Positions 1 to 9,454 of a stretch of DNA of 52,546 bases are shown piece by piece. Origin of the DNA: Candidatus Bruticola sp. (lineage in GTDB: Bacteria > Vulcanimicrobiota > Xenobia > Xenobiales > Xenobiaceae); contig JBJEGD010000006.1 in the NCBI GenBank assembly GCA_051874735.1, positions 1-52,546 on the forward strand, given 5' to 3'. Below the pieces are notes generated by a model. That model made no database searches, had not been told where the DNA came from, and saw nothing but the letters and a program-made list of their open reading frames with translations. The translations under genes were made by a program, and so were the position numbers. Each line of letters opens with the position of its first letter. Within the stretch, counting starts at the first letter, position 1.

Positions 1-35
1 ACTTTTTTGCGTCGCCTCATCGCGACTGCTCGAGT

Positions 36-82
36 ATATTACTGCTCAGCTTAGCCGCTGTCAAGTACTTAAATAAAAAAAA
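36..82 (-). promoter_or_regulatory. Strong sigma70-type promoter firing out of the left end of the window (stable-RNA-like)
   Basis: Minus strand TTGACA (64-59), 17-nt spacer, TAATAT (41-36); upstream A/T tract (71-82) resembling an UP element; GC-rich sequence downstream with a GTCGC/GCGAC hairpin at 11-26. Confidence 0.65.
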
Positions 83-191
83 TTAGGTTTAGAAACGTAC
101 ACCAAAAGCCTGAGAGCCAAGAACGCTAGGAATCCCGGCTCAATATCGACAGTAAACGCTTAAAGACGGCATCTAAAGATAAACAAACTAA

Positions 192-530
192 TTAATAGCC
201 GACGCCATCATCTTGCGTTACATTTAGAACACTGTCGCGCACCTTATCTATAGTAATAATAGTAACAGAACGTTTAAGAAAGCCGCAGCGATAGTGCAGA
301 TAAACGAAAGGGTAACGCTGACGTTCAGTCGGTCCCTGCTCGGTGGTAATAATTTTATCAGGAGGGCCGTACTTCATAATTACTGTAGACTGTTTTTCAC
401 CGATGCGCGGCGTCGGCGATGGAGTCCAGCAGCACACTAGAAAGACGAAACACATTAACATACCGGAAGCTATACCGCGGTAAATTTCGGCAGCATGCTG
501 CCTATAGAATTTTTTAGCAATATCTAACAT
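192..530 (-). CDS. Hypothetical small membrane-anchored protein
   Basis: 112 aa ORF with one hydrophobic segment (GMLMCFVFLVCCW), then a VIMKYGPPD motif loosely like SmpA/OmlA-type small domains. Confidence 0.55.
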   Translation of the reverse strand: MLDIAKKFYRQHAAEIYRGIASGMLMCFVFLVCCWTPSPTPRIGEKQSTVIMKYGPPDKIITTEQGPTERQRYPFVYLHYRCGFLKRSVTIITIDKVRDSVLNVTQDDGVGY

Positions 531-569
531 ACAACTTCAATGTAAAACAGAACTCAGCTGTTTTCAAGC

Positions 570-609
570 AAAAAAAAGGAGCCGATAGAGTTTTCTTCCT
601 CTCGGCTCC
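570..609 (-). terminator. Rho-independent terminator of the GAF-GGDEF gene
   Basis: GGAGCCGA (578-585) / TCGGCTCC (602-609) stem with A8 run at 570-577 (U-tract on minus strand). Confidence 0.75.
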
Positions 610-650
610 GTTAATATAGACAGATTTAGCTGCTTTTTTATGAGCTTAAA

Positions 651-2516
651 CTAACTCCACAGACAAACCTGATTACCGCCGGCCTGCTGAGCCTGCTGCA
701 TAGCTGCAGAAGCACGCATAGTAAGTTGTTCAGCGTTGGCCGCGTCATGAGGACTGCCGGCTGCTCCTACAGAAATGCTGACCCTTACGCGCCGCCCTCC
801 CACTAAAAAGGCGTTATTCGCAATAGCCTCACGGACACGTTCGCCCACTTCTGAACACTTTACTCGATCGGCATGATCGACTAATAAAGCGAACGTATCT
901 CCCTCTAAACGGCCTAAAACGTCTATTTCTCGCGTAATTTTGCGCACTACAGAAACGACTTCGCGCAAAATGTTATCAGCGACATCTTGTCCCAGGTTAG
1001 TTACAATCTGGCTAAAACCATCTAAACTGAAGAGCAGCAAAGACACTGAATACATATAACGGTTACCGCGCTTCAGCTCTTCGCGCATGCGCTCTTCCAA
1101 GAACAGAGTATTGTAACAGTTGGTCAGAGGATCGCGCAGTCCATTATTGACAGCTCTCTGATACAACAAAGAATTGCCCAAAGAAGCACTAGCCATTTCA
1201 CAGAAGTCAATCAACAGATCGAGTTCATCTTCAGTGAAAGCGTGATCGGCCGCTCTTCCTAAATAAACTACACCAATAGTTTGAGCTGGTACAGCTAAAG
1301 GAGCCACCAAAGCGCTGCGCTCCTTATCTACAACTGTAGAAAGCACAGTACCATTTATCTCGACGCTGCCATCGTCAATTTTAAAAGGCGTCAGCTTACT
1401 GACAGCATAGCCGGGAGCTCCCTCGCCTATCTGCAAACTGTAATTGCGGAAAGTATCAGTAAAGGGACTGGCTGCCACTTCAGCAAAAAGCTTCTTCTGG
1501 CCATCGACCTCGTCAAGCATAAAAATAACGCAGCTCTGACAAGGAAGGAAAGTTTGTAACTGCTCTGTTAAAGCTAAAAGAGTATCGGAAAGAGCTAAAC
1601 TTCCGGAAAGTTTGCGCGACACTTCTACTAAACGAACCTGACGTTCTAAACGCTGCTGCATAATAGCTAACTGGCGCTGGATCTGTAATTTCTCGCGACG
1701 GGCAGCCTGCGAAACTTTCTGTCCCTGCTCTTCAGCCGCTTTTTCAGTGTTCTGTAAAGCTAAACGAGCTTCCTGAAGCCTCTTAAGACTTATATCAAGC
1801 TCCTCTTTTAAGCCGGCGTTATCGCGGTTGAGCATGCGCAGTTTATTATCCCGCTCGCTAAGTTCAGAAGAAATTTGATCGTTTTGTATACGAGCAGCCT
1901 GGATTTCCTGGAATAGACAATCCTTCTCGCGCTGCAGACCGCTTTCACTCTTGCATCGTTCTACGTTTTCCTGAGCGGCGACCCAACAGATCCAGATCAG
2001 CAGATAACTACAGCCCATCTGTGCAAAACTGAGCTTAAAGAAAACGGCAAAAGTTTCGTCATGCATCGACTCCAAACGGGAGACAAAAGCAAAAGTGGCA
2101 ATTAAAACATAAATTATAGTGCCAAAAACCGAACCGGCCACAATGACCGAAGTTTTGCCCCACATGTAATAGAGCATCAAAATCGGCAGAGCGAAACTCA
2201 GAATAAGATAGCCAGGCCCATAGAAGTAGGTAAGTCCCAATCCCATTACTATATCTAGTACGGTAAGTACGATGGGGCCCACGCCCTGATTGTCCCTCCA
2301 AATGCAGGTGAAAACAGCCGCAGCAATATTGTAGACGACAACCGCAAAAGTAATAATTATGGGCAAATCGTCGAAGTCATACGGAAAAGGAGTACACAAC
2401 GACTCCTTGCTGTTTCCGCCAGTCAAGATCAGAGCTAAAATCACGCCAATAACTCTGATCGCGACCATAAATATCTTCAAGCGCACCGACGCCTGATAAG
2501 TCTGGTCGGAATCCAT
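651..2516 (-). CDS. Membrane sensor with coiled coil, GAF and degenerate GGDEF domain
   Basis: About 5 N-terminal TM helices, long heptad coiled coil, GAF (IGEGAPG, SALVAPL, IGVVYL, FTEDELDLL), DPLT-start GGDEF fold with RLEGDTF in place of RxGG(D/E)EF. Confidence 0.85.
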   Translation of the reverse strand: MDSDQTYQASVRLKIFMVAIRVIGVILALILTGGNSKESLCTPFPYDFDDLPIIITFAVVVYNIAAAVFTCIWRDNQGVGPIVLTVLDIVMGLGLTYFYGPGYLILSFALPILMLYYMWGKTSVIVAGSVFGTIIYVLIATFAFVSRLESMHDETFAVFFKLSFAQMGCSYLLIWICWVAAQENVERCKSESGLQREKDCLFQEIQAARIQNDQISSELSERDNKLRMLNRDNAGLKEELDISLKRLQEARLALQNTEKAAEEQGQKVSQAARREKLQIQRQLAIMQQRLERQVRLVEVSRKLSGSLALSDTLLALTEQLQTFLPCQSCVIFMLDEVDGQKKLFAEVAASPFTDTFRNYSLQIGEGAPGYAVSKLTPFKIDDGSVEINGTVLSTVVDKERSALVAPLAVPAQTIGVVYLGRAADHAFTEDELDLLIDFCEMASASLGNSLLYQRAVNNGLRDPLTNCYNTLFLEERMREELKRGNRYMYSVSLLLFSLDGFSQIVTNLGQDVADNILREVVSVVRKITREIDVLGRLEGDTFALLVDHADRVKCSEVGERVREAIANNAFLVGGRRVRVSISVGAAGSPHDAANAEQLTMRASAAMQQAQQAGGNQVCLWS

Positions 2517-2661
2517 AGTTATCCCTCAAGTAAAAATTATCTTATAAAGAACAAACATAAGTGCGCCGGACCGCAGCCCGGGCGAAAGCAGTTTTGGTTA
2601 TTCTATTTTGCATATCCTTTATCCTGGTAAAGTTTTACGGCCATTTTGGTGAGTCTTCAAC

Positions 2662-2691
2662 TTGAATTTGCCTACCTCCAAAGAGTAAACT
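2662..2691 (+). promoter_or_regulatory. Candidate sigma70 promoter for mfd
   Basis: TTGAAT (2662-2667), 18 nt, TAAACT (2686-2691), 35 nt before the ATG. Confidence 0.4.
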
Positions 2692-2725
2692 GGGAGCTGT
2701 ATTTTACTTTGAACTATGCAAAATT

Positions 2726-5700
2726 ATGAGCAGCCAACATTCCTCTTTTCCCAGTATTATAAATTCACAATTAGATCAGTTAACTGCTGATTCAGTCAAT
2801 AATTTTGCTGAAACGGGCCATTCCTCTTTCCATGCTTATACCCATCAAAATAAAGCTAAACAGCAACATGAAGCGCACCGAAAATGCCTCATAGCTAATG
2901 CACAATTAGGTGAAATTTGGAAAAAAGAGGCCACTTCAGCTGGCTTAGTTAAAGCCCTGCAGACATGCTCATCACTAGTATGCGGCGGTCTAACCGCTGC
3001 AGCCAGACCGCTATTTTTACAAATATGCCGCAGTCTTTCAGCAACGAATGCGGTGTTTTTATGGATTACAGCCGCAGCCGATCAAGCTGAACGACTCTAC
3101 CAAGATTGTCACACTTTTTTTGATAGTGACGAACTCTGGCTTTTTCCTGAGCAAGAAACAACCAGCATGCTCGACAAAGAAGAAAATCAGACAGTTCCAG
3201 ATCGTTTAGCCGTTCTGCAAGCTCTAGATCGATTGCCCAAAAAGACCGACCGCGGCATGGTGATTGTCACGACCTTAAGAGCCCTAATGCAGCCTACTGT
3301 CCAAACGGAGCAATTAGAAAATAGTAAACTTGCTCTCAAAATGGGAGAAAACGTAGGCCTCGATTTTTTGCAGGAAATACTTAGTAGCGAAGGTTACAAC
3401 CGCGTAAGCATGGTTGAAGGACGCGGTCAATATGCTGTGCGCGGAGGTTTAATCGATATATATCCCATTACCGGGCAAGCGGCCCGCTTGGAATTTTTCG
3501 GCGATGAGATTGAGTCTATACGCTTGCTTAACGTAAATACGCAGCGTTCTAGTACAGCAATTCCAGAGGTCGTACTTTTGCCAGCAGTAGCTTCCGAATT
3601 GGAAGGTGAATCCTGGCTGACCGATCATCTTCGCCAAAAAGCTCCCCAAACAGCAACTATACTGGAAGATCCTATGCAACTTCGGCTCAGTGCCAAAGAA
3701 TGGAATCAGGAGTGGGAAACTAAAGCCTCATCAGGTTCATCTATAGGCTTTATAGAAGACAACGAACACAACTATGTTTGGGAACAGCTGCTCGATATGT
3801 TATCCAGTTTCCGCCGCATTTTCGTTTCGGCCTGGACCTTAACAGAGACTGAAGCTCTCTCTGCCCTTAACTCACAATCTGCAACAAAAATACCTCAATT
3901 TAATTTAGGTACGGAACCAGCGGTACCATTAAACCAGAAGGTGTCCGGTTTACTTGAAGCCATTCCCCAGTGGCAAAAAGAACACAAACGCGTAATTCTG
4001 CTTACATCGCAATTTATGCGTCTACAAGAACTGCTTGAAGAGCACCAGATAGACTGCTTGACTAATAGTCACCGCCCTATCCAACCGGGACAGATTTTAT
4101 TACTTCAAGGCTACGCCAATGAAGGCTTCAGTTTGCCCTTGGCTGATGGCAAGTTAGAATTTTTAACTGACCGCGAAATTATGGGCCAGCGTCTGCAGCA
4201 ACGACTCAATGAACCGGCTGAAACTAAAGGCAGCAATCTGCGCTTAGAAGAGATCGCTCCTGGCGATCTTGTCGTTCATATGCATCACGGCATCGCCCGA
4301 TATTTAGGTATTCAGACTATTTCTTTAGGCGGCATCAAACACGATATGCTGAAGCTGGAATATGCCAAAGGCGATTGTGTTTTTGTCTCTATCGATCAGC
4401 TCAATTTAGTGCAAAAATATGAAGGCATCGATGGCAAAGAGCCACCACTTTCAAAGATGAACGGCAGCGACTGGAAGCGTACCAAAGCCAAAATAAGAGC
4501 TCACGCCGCCGAAGCTGCGCAAAAGCTGCTGAAAATTTACGCTCAGCGCTCACAGGCGCAGGGATGTGCTTATCCTCCCGACACCCTTTGGCAACAAGAA
4601 ATGGAAGACGCCTTCCCCTATCAAGAGACGCCAGATCAGCTCAGGGCCATACGCGAAGTAAAGGCTGATTTGGAAAGCCCTCGCCCTATGGACAGACTTA
4701 TTTGCGGCGATGTAGGCTATGGCAAAACGGAAGTGGCTCTGCGGGCCGCCTTCAAAGTAGTCAACAATAACAAACAAGTAGCTATTCTGGCCCCTACCAC
4801 CGTCTTAGCTCATCAACACTTTATAACTTTCTCAGAGCGGCTGGCTCCTTATCCTATAACTATTAATCTACTCTCCCGCTTTAAAACGACCGCAGAGCAA
4901 AAGCAAACCGTCAACGATCTGGCTGAAGGTAAATGCGACATCGTTATCGGCACACATCGCATGCTCTCCAAAGATATTTCTTTCAAAGATCTGGGACTGC
5001 TTATTATCGATGAAGAGCAGCGTTTCGGAGTCATGCACAAAGAAAAGATTTCCCAACTCCGCGCCGACGTCGATATTATGTCTATGAGCGCAACTCCCAT
5101 TCCCCGCACTCTCCAGATGTCTTTTTACGGCATCAGGGAAATGTCAGTTATTGAGACTCCACCTGCAAGCCGTCTGCCCATTAAAACTTACCTTTTTGAA
5201 CGCCATCAGGAGCTTATTAAGGCGGCTATCGTACGGGAGCTAAACCGTCACGGCCAAGTTTATTTTTTACATAACAGAGTAAAGAGCATCGAAAAAGAAG
5301 CGGCCACGCTACAAAGTATGCTTCCTCAAGCCCGCATAGCTGTAGGCCATGGCCAAATGAGCGAACAGCAGTTAGAAAAAGTTATGATGGAATTTTATGA
5401 AGGTCAATACGATATTTTGGTCTGTTCCACTATTATTGAAAGCGGCCTCGATGTTCCTAACGTAAATACTATCATTATAGATAACGCGGATACTTTAGGA
5501 TTAGCCCAGCTTTATCAGCTTAGAGGCAGAGTCGGACGAAGCGCCAAGCAGGGATACTGTTATCTACTCTACCAACCCCAACGCGTTCTCAAGGAAGCGG
5601 CTAAGAAACGTCTGGAAACTATACGCGACTTTACTAGATTGGGCTCAGGCTTCCAAATAGCCAAACGCGACCTAGAAATTCGCGGCGCCGGCAATATTTT

Positions 5701-6325
5701 AGGCTCGGAACAGTCTGGCCATGTTGCCGCCGTAGGCTTCAGTTTATATTGCCGCATGCTGAGTGACGCCGTGCAAGCTCTGCGCAACAACAAAGATCCG
5801 GAAGAAGAAGCAGCCCGACTCGAGCACGCCAGCAGCGATATTGTCATAGATATACCAGTCTCAGCTTGGCTGCCCGATGAATATATAGACGATCCTCAAC
5901 AAAAAGTGGTCCTTTACAAACGCATAGCCTCAGTTGCCGACAGCACTGATATAGAAGATATAAGTGAGGAATTGCGGGATCGCTACGGCAAATTGCCAGA
6001 GCTAGCCAACAATTTGCTAAGTATAGCCGCCCTCAAGCTTAAGTGCCGCAATTTAATGATTCCTTCAATAAAAATTAAAGACGGCCTAATGCATATGTTT
6101 ACCCCTTTGCTGCGTCAGCTTACTGCCAGAGAGAAAGAGCAGCTGAGCAAGTTGACTGGTTGCACTGTCCGCCAGGTTGAAGCGGAAATCTGCTTCAATG
6201 TAGCGGCCAAACGCAGCGTCGGTCCCATCGAGTATCCCTCAGCTCCCGAGCTTTTGCGCAAAATAGACCAGGCTCTGCAGTACCTGGAGAGCCTACCCAA
6301 CCGCGAAGTCAACTCTCAAGAATAA
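2726..6325 (+). CDS. mfd: Transcription-repair coupling factor
   Basis: UvrB-homology module (AVRGGLIDIYP), CarD-like RID (GDLVVHMHHGIARY), SF2 motifs GDVGYGKT, DEEQRFG, SATPIPRT, QLRGRVGR, and C-terminal TRCF domain. Confidence 0.97.
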   Translation: MSSQHSSFPSIINSQLDQLTADSVNNFAETGHSSFHAYTHQNKAKQQHEAHRKCLIANAQLGEIWKKEATSAGLVKALQTCSSLVCGGLTAAARPLFLQICRSLSATNAVFLWITAAADQAERLYQDCHTFFDSDELWLFPEQETTSMLDKEENQTVPDRLAVLQALDRLPKKTDRGMVIVTTLRALMQPTVQTEQLENSKLALKMGENVGLDFLQEILSSEGYNRVSMVEGRGQYAVRGGLIDIYPITGQAARLEFFGDEIESIRLLNVNTQRSSTAIPEVVLLPAVASELEGESWLTDHLRQKAPQTATILEDPMQLRLSAKEWNQEWETKASSGSSIGFIEDNEHNYVWEQLLDMLSSFRRIFVSAWTLTETEALSALNSQSATKIPQFNLGTEPAVPLNQKVSGLLEAIPQWQKEHKRVILLTSQFMRLQELLEEHQIDCLTNSHRPIQPGQILLLQGYANEGFSLPLADGKLEFLTDREIMGQRLQQRLNEPAETKGSNLRLEEIAPGDLVVHMHHGIARYLGIQTISLGGIKHDMLKLEYAKGDCVFVSIDQLNLVQKYEGIDGKEPPLSKMNGSDWKRTKAKIRAHAAEAAQKLLKIYAQRSQAQGCAYPPDTLWQQEMEDAFPYQETPDQLRAIREVKADLESPRPMDRLICGDVGYGKTEVALRAAFKVVNNNKQVAILAPTTVLAHQHFITFSERLAPYPITINLLSRFKTTAEQKQTVNDLAEGKCDIVIGTHRMLSKDISFKDLGLLIIDEEQRFGVMHKEKISQLRADVDIMSMSATPIPRTLQMSFYGIREMSVIETPPASRLPIKTYLFERHQELIKAAIVRELNRHGQVYFLHNRVKSIEKEAATLQSMLPQARIAVGHGQMSEQQLEKVMMEFYEGQYDILVCSTIIESGLDVPNVNTIIIDNADTLGLAQLYQLRGRVGRSAKQGYCYLLYQPQRVLKEAAKKRLETIRDFTRLGSGFQIAKRDLEIRGAGNILGSEQSGHVAAVGFSLYCRMLSDAVQALRNNKDPEEEAARLEHASSDIVIDIPVSAWLPDEYIDDPQQKVVLYKRIASVADSTDIEDISEELRDRYGKLPELANNLLSIAALKLKCRNLMIPSIKIKDGLMHMFTPLLRQLTAREKEQLSKLTGCTVRQVEAEICFNVAAKRSVGPIEYPSAPELLRKIDQALQYLESLPNREVNSQE

Positions 6326-6377
6326 AAAAATAATCGGCCGAGAACTCATATTAGCGAACTCGGCCGATTTTTTATTT
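6324..6377. terminator. Bidirectional terminator between mfd and the convergent phosphoesterase gene
   Basis: AATCGGCCGAG (6332-6342) / CTCGGCCGATT (6359-6369), flanked by an A-run and a T-run. Confidence 0.85.
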
Positions 6378-6415
6378 AAGACGTCTACAGCTACAAAAAG
6401 AAGCGCAGCTAACTC

Positions 6416-7639
6416 CTAAGCGGCCTCATCTTCCGCAGATAGCTCCTCAGTTTTGTCTGTATTTTCGCAATTACCACACTGCTCGTCCAACTTAAAACCA
6501 CTCTTAACTATAATTTCATCTAAAATTCGGCGCTGCAGTTTTTTATCGCTACTCAGTTCAGTCCAATTACTTACACAAGCATAAAAATCGCGTATATAAG
6601 CGGCATATATATCTTCGTCTTCAACTAACTGCTTGCGAAAATTGAACCAAGTTTTGAGATCGCAGGGATTGCTGATTACTTCTGAGCGGCTACCTTGATT
6701 AGGATCGACATAAAGGAGATCCCAGCTTAAACGCTCAGGCAGACCGCTCTTGGCATTAAATTCCCAAGTATTAAGACGGTAGTTAGCCAAGTATCCATAT
6801 TTTTGAGCTATAGAACCGACAATAACAAGCGGAACTCCTTCAATATCGCTTATAGGAATAACATGAAGTTCGTTGCGGTGCGTGTGACCAGAAGTAACTA
6901 TTACGTGGCAGTCAGTTTCAGCTAAAAAGCTATGAAAAGTTCTCAGCGATTCTTCATCCCACATAACTTTGTGATTATAAGCATCAGCGCAAGGAGGGAC
7001 ATGGCAGATGATAACAGCTGTAGAATTGTAGGGCACAGCTGCTAAAGCTGCTTCCAGCCATTCCAAAGTGCGCTGACGCTGTTCCTTAAGTATGGAAGGC
7101 GGGCAAGAATTGATGGGGGAAAAAATTAATGAATTAACAGTAATCCAGGTTAATCCGCCCAAACGCTCAGGATAGATGCCGTTGCCTAAATCGTCCAGAT
7201 AATAAGCGTCTCCCATAGCCTGACGCCATAAATCCATGGTAGGGCGCATATTTTCCGGATCGGTATTGTAGTTAATATAAAAATCGTTGTTGCCGTAGGC
7301 TATTAAAACCGGCTTGCCCTCTTTAACTAAAGGACGCAAATAATCTGAACTGAAAGCAGCTACCCTTTTATTGAACTGAAGATTGTCTAACTTTTTATTG
7401 TCTACTAAATCACCACTCAAAATATAGAAGGAAGCGCGCGGATCGTTCCTACCAGCGCCAAAAGCCCGGTTCCAAACTTCAGTGGGAGTATGTTCCTCGC
7501 CTAAATGAATATCCGACCAATGGATAAAAGAAACTGATTCAGTATTTGAGCTTTTCTTCGGCTGTTCCGCATAAACAACTGAAGTCAAAAATAACAACAA
7601 AATAGTCAGCAAGCCAACTATTTTTCTGCTTTTGGGCAT
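6416..7639 (-). CDS. Secreted calcineurin-like metallophosphoesterase (acid sphingomyelinase-like / endopolyphosphatase-like)
   Basis: Signal peptide ending VYA; motifs SDIH, GDLVD, GNND, HVPP, GHTH. Confidence 0.8.
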   Translation of the reverse strand: MPKSRKIVGLLTILLLFLTSVVYAEQPKKSSNTESVSFIHWSDIHLGEEHTPTEVWNRAFGAGRNDPRASFYILSGDLVDNKKLDNLQFNKRVAAFSSDYLRPLVKEGKPVLIAYGNNDFYINYNTDPENMRPTMDLWRQAMGDAYYLDDLGNGIYPERLGGLTWITVNSLIFSPINSCPPSILKEQRQRTLEWLEAALAAVPYNSTAVIICHVPPCADAYNHKVMWDEESLRTFHSFLAETDCHVIVTSGHTHRNELHVIPISDIEGVPLVIVGSIAQKYGYLANYRLNTWEFNAKSGLPERLSWDLLYVDPNQGSRSEVISNPCDLKTWFNFRKQLVEDEDIYAAYIRDFYACVSNWTELSSDKKLQRRILDEIIVKSGFKLDEQCGNCENTDKTEELSAEDEAA

Positions 7640-7800
7640 AATTTTCTCCTTTTTACATACTTTAATAAGTTTAGAAAAAATATTTTATCAACCTTATTTT
7701 ATATATTTTAAGCTTATTCTGCTCAGCAACTGAAATAAAAAGATAAACCAATAAGCTCGCCTTGCGTAAAAAAATAACTATCTGTATAATTGGGGACGTT

Positions 7801-8514
7801 TTGAATATATATGCACTAAGTGATTTACATTTATCCTTCGGCAACGACAAAGCCATGGACATTTTTGGCGAAAAATGGTACCGCCACTGGCAGAAAATTG
7901 CCGATAATTGGAACAGCCTTATAAAAGCTGATGACATTGTCTTAATTGCCGGCGACATATCGTGGGCTATGCGTCCTCCGGAAGCCGAGCAAGATTTGCA
8001 TTGGCTAACCCGCTTAAGCGGCCGCAAAGTACTTATCCGGGGCAACCACGATTACTGGTGGCAGAGCATTAGTCGCCTGCGCGATAGCTACCCTGAGCTT
8101 ATTTTTGTCCAGAACGACTCTGTAAATTTAGATGGTGTAAGTATATGCGGTTCCCGCGGCTGGGCTCTGCCTACTTCTCCGGAATACAACGAACAGGACG
8201 CCAAAATTTTTCAACGCGAACTAGCTCGGCTGGAGCTTGGGCTCAAGAGCCTAGACAACAATTCAAAGCTGCGCTTAGTAATGATGCACTATCCTCCTCA
8301 AGCCGGGGCTAATCAGGTTAGTGAGTTTAGCCACCTTATAGAGCGCTACAATATAGACGCCTGCATTTTCGGCCATATTCACAACTACACTAAGCCTGGT
8401 CTAAGCTACAGTCAACACGGAGTAAATTATTATCTGACCTCCGCCGACTATCTCGACTTCAAACCAGCCTTAATTTGGAACGGCGAACAGCTAACTCCTC
8501 CAGCTCTTTTCTAA
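7801..8514 (+). CDS. Cytoplasmic calcineurin-like metallophosphoesterase (DR1119-like)
   Basis: Motifs SDLH, GDISW, GNHDYWW, GSRGW, HYPP, GHIH. Start placed at TTG 7801 after GGGG; the ORF is open from 7762. Confidence 0.85.
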   Translation: MNIYALSDLHLSFGNDKAMDIFGEKWYRHWQKIADNWNSLIKADDIVLIAGDISWAMRPPEAEQDLHWLTRLSGRKVLIRGNHDYWWQSISRLRDSYPELIFVQNDSVNLDGVSICGSRGWALPTSPEYNEQDAKIFQRELARLELGLKSLDNNSKLRLVMMHYPPQAGANQVSEFSHLIERYNIDACIFGHIHNYTKPGLSYSQHGVNYYLTSADYLDFKPALIWNGEQLTPPALF

Positions 8515-8731
8515 TGCAGCTCAGTTAAAACCTAACGTAGCTAGGTTAAGACCTACCCTGCACAAGCCGCCTGGAGACGGTCGGCTAATATTTTGTAAAT
8601 TGTCAAAAGGCCGATCATTTGCAGTAATAGTAGTTATAATCCGTTTTAGCCTACAGCTACACAAGCGCGGAAGGAAATTTTTTTCTGTTTCCTTATTTAA
8701 ACAACTGTATTTCCTCAGGAGGTGTTTACCG

Positions 8732-9406
8732 ATGCGCTCATTCAGTATCCTTGCTGCAGCTATCAGTATATCGACTTTGGGCTTATTTTTTTCTGCGCCG
8801 TCTGAAGCTGAGCCTAGTTCTTACCAAGTAGGTCAAATCGTGCAAACCGTTCGGGCAGATCTGAACGGCGATCATATTCCTGAAAATATCAGTCTGAAGG
8901 TTTTCAAAACAGATGAGGAAGGGGCTTTCGCTAAACTTGTCATCACCGACAAACAGGGCCGAGTTTTGGGCAAAACTCCTGAAGTTACCTCTCTAGATAA
9001 TCCAAAAATTATGGGCTTCTTTGACTGGGGCGTTTCCAAAATTCACGTGGCGGGCCCCTTCAACAGTCTCGATGCCAAAATTTTAGTTGCCTATCCTCGT
9101 TCAGATGTGCGTCCAACCGTATTCGGCATTTGGAGCTGGAACAGTAACTGCTCTACGTTAACTTACGAAGGAAATAAATGTTTGCTGAATTACGGTTCAG
9201 CGGATATGTTCCGTTGGGAAAAGCCACCTGCGCTCTACAGTTCAGGAATTAGCTGGATCGACTCTCTGAGCTGTTCCAGTGAACAGAACTTCACTATTAC
9301 AGGCAGCATCGTAAAATATAGCGACAATACGCCGCCCCAAGTCGTTAAGGCGGAATTATCACCAGTTAAAGAAGGACTAAAAGTAAAGAAAATCTTAGAC
9401 AAATAA
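8732..9406 (+). CDS. Hypothetical secreted protein
   Basis: AGGAGG then ATG at 8732; signal peptide ending SEA; ADLNGD..PE loop resembling FG-GAP/Ca-binding loops. Confidence 0.7.
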   Translation: MRSFSILAAAISISTLGLFFSAPSEAEPSSYQVGQIVQTVRADLNGDHIPENISLKVFKTDEEGAFAKLVITDKQGRVLGKTPEVTSLDNPKIMGFFDWGVSKIHVAGPFNSLDAKILVAYPRSDVRPTVFGIWSWNSNCSTLTYEGNKCLLNYGSADMFRWEKPPALYSSGISWIDSLSCSSEQNFTITGSIVKYSDNTPPQVVKAELSPVKEGLKVKKILDK

Positions 9407-9454
9407 GTTATACCTCGATCAGCTGTCTAAATTTTCTGCCTAGGAGCCTGTCTT

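Noticed and set aside
2560-2595. GC-rich hairpin between the GGDEF gene and mfd as SRP RNA or a c-di-GMP riboswitch
   Set aside because: Too short; lacks the SRP domain IV and GEMM consensus elements
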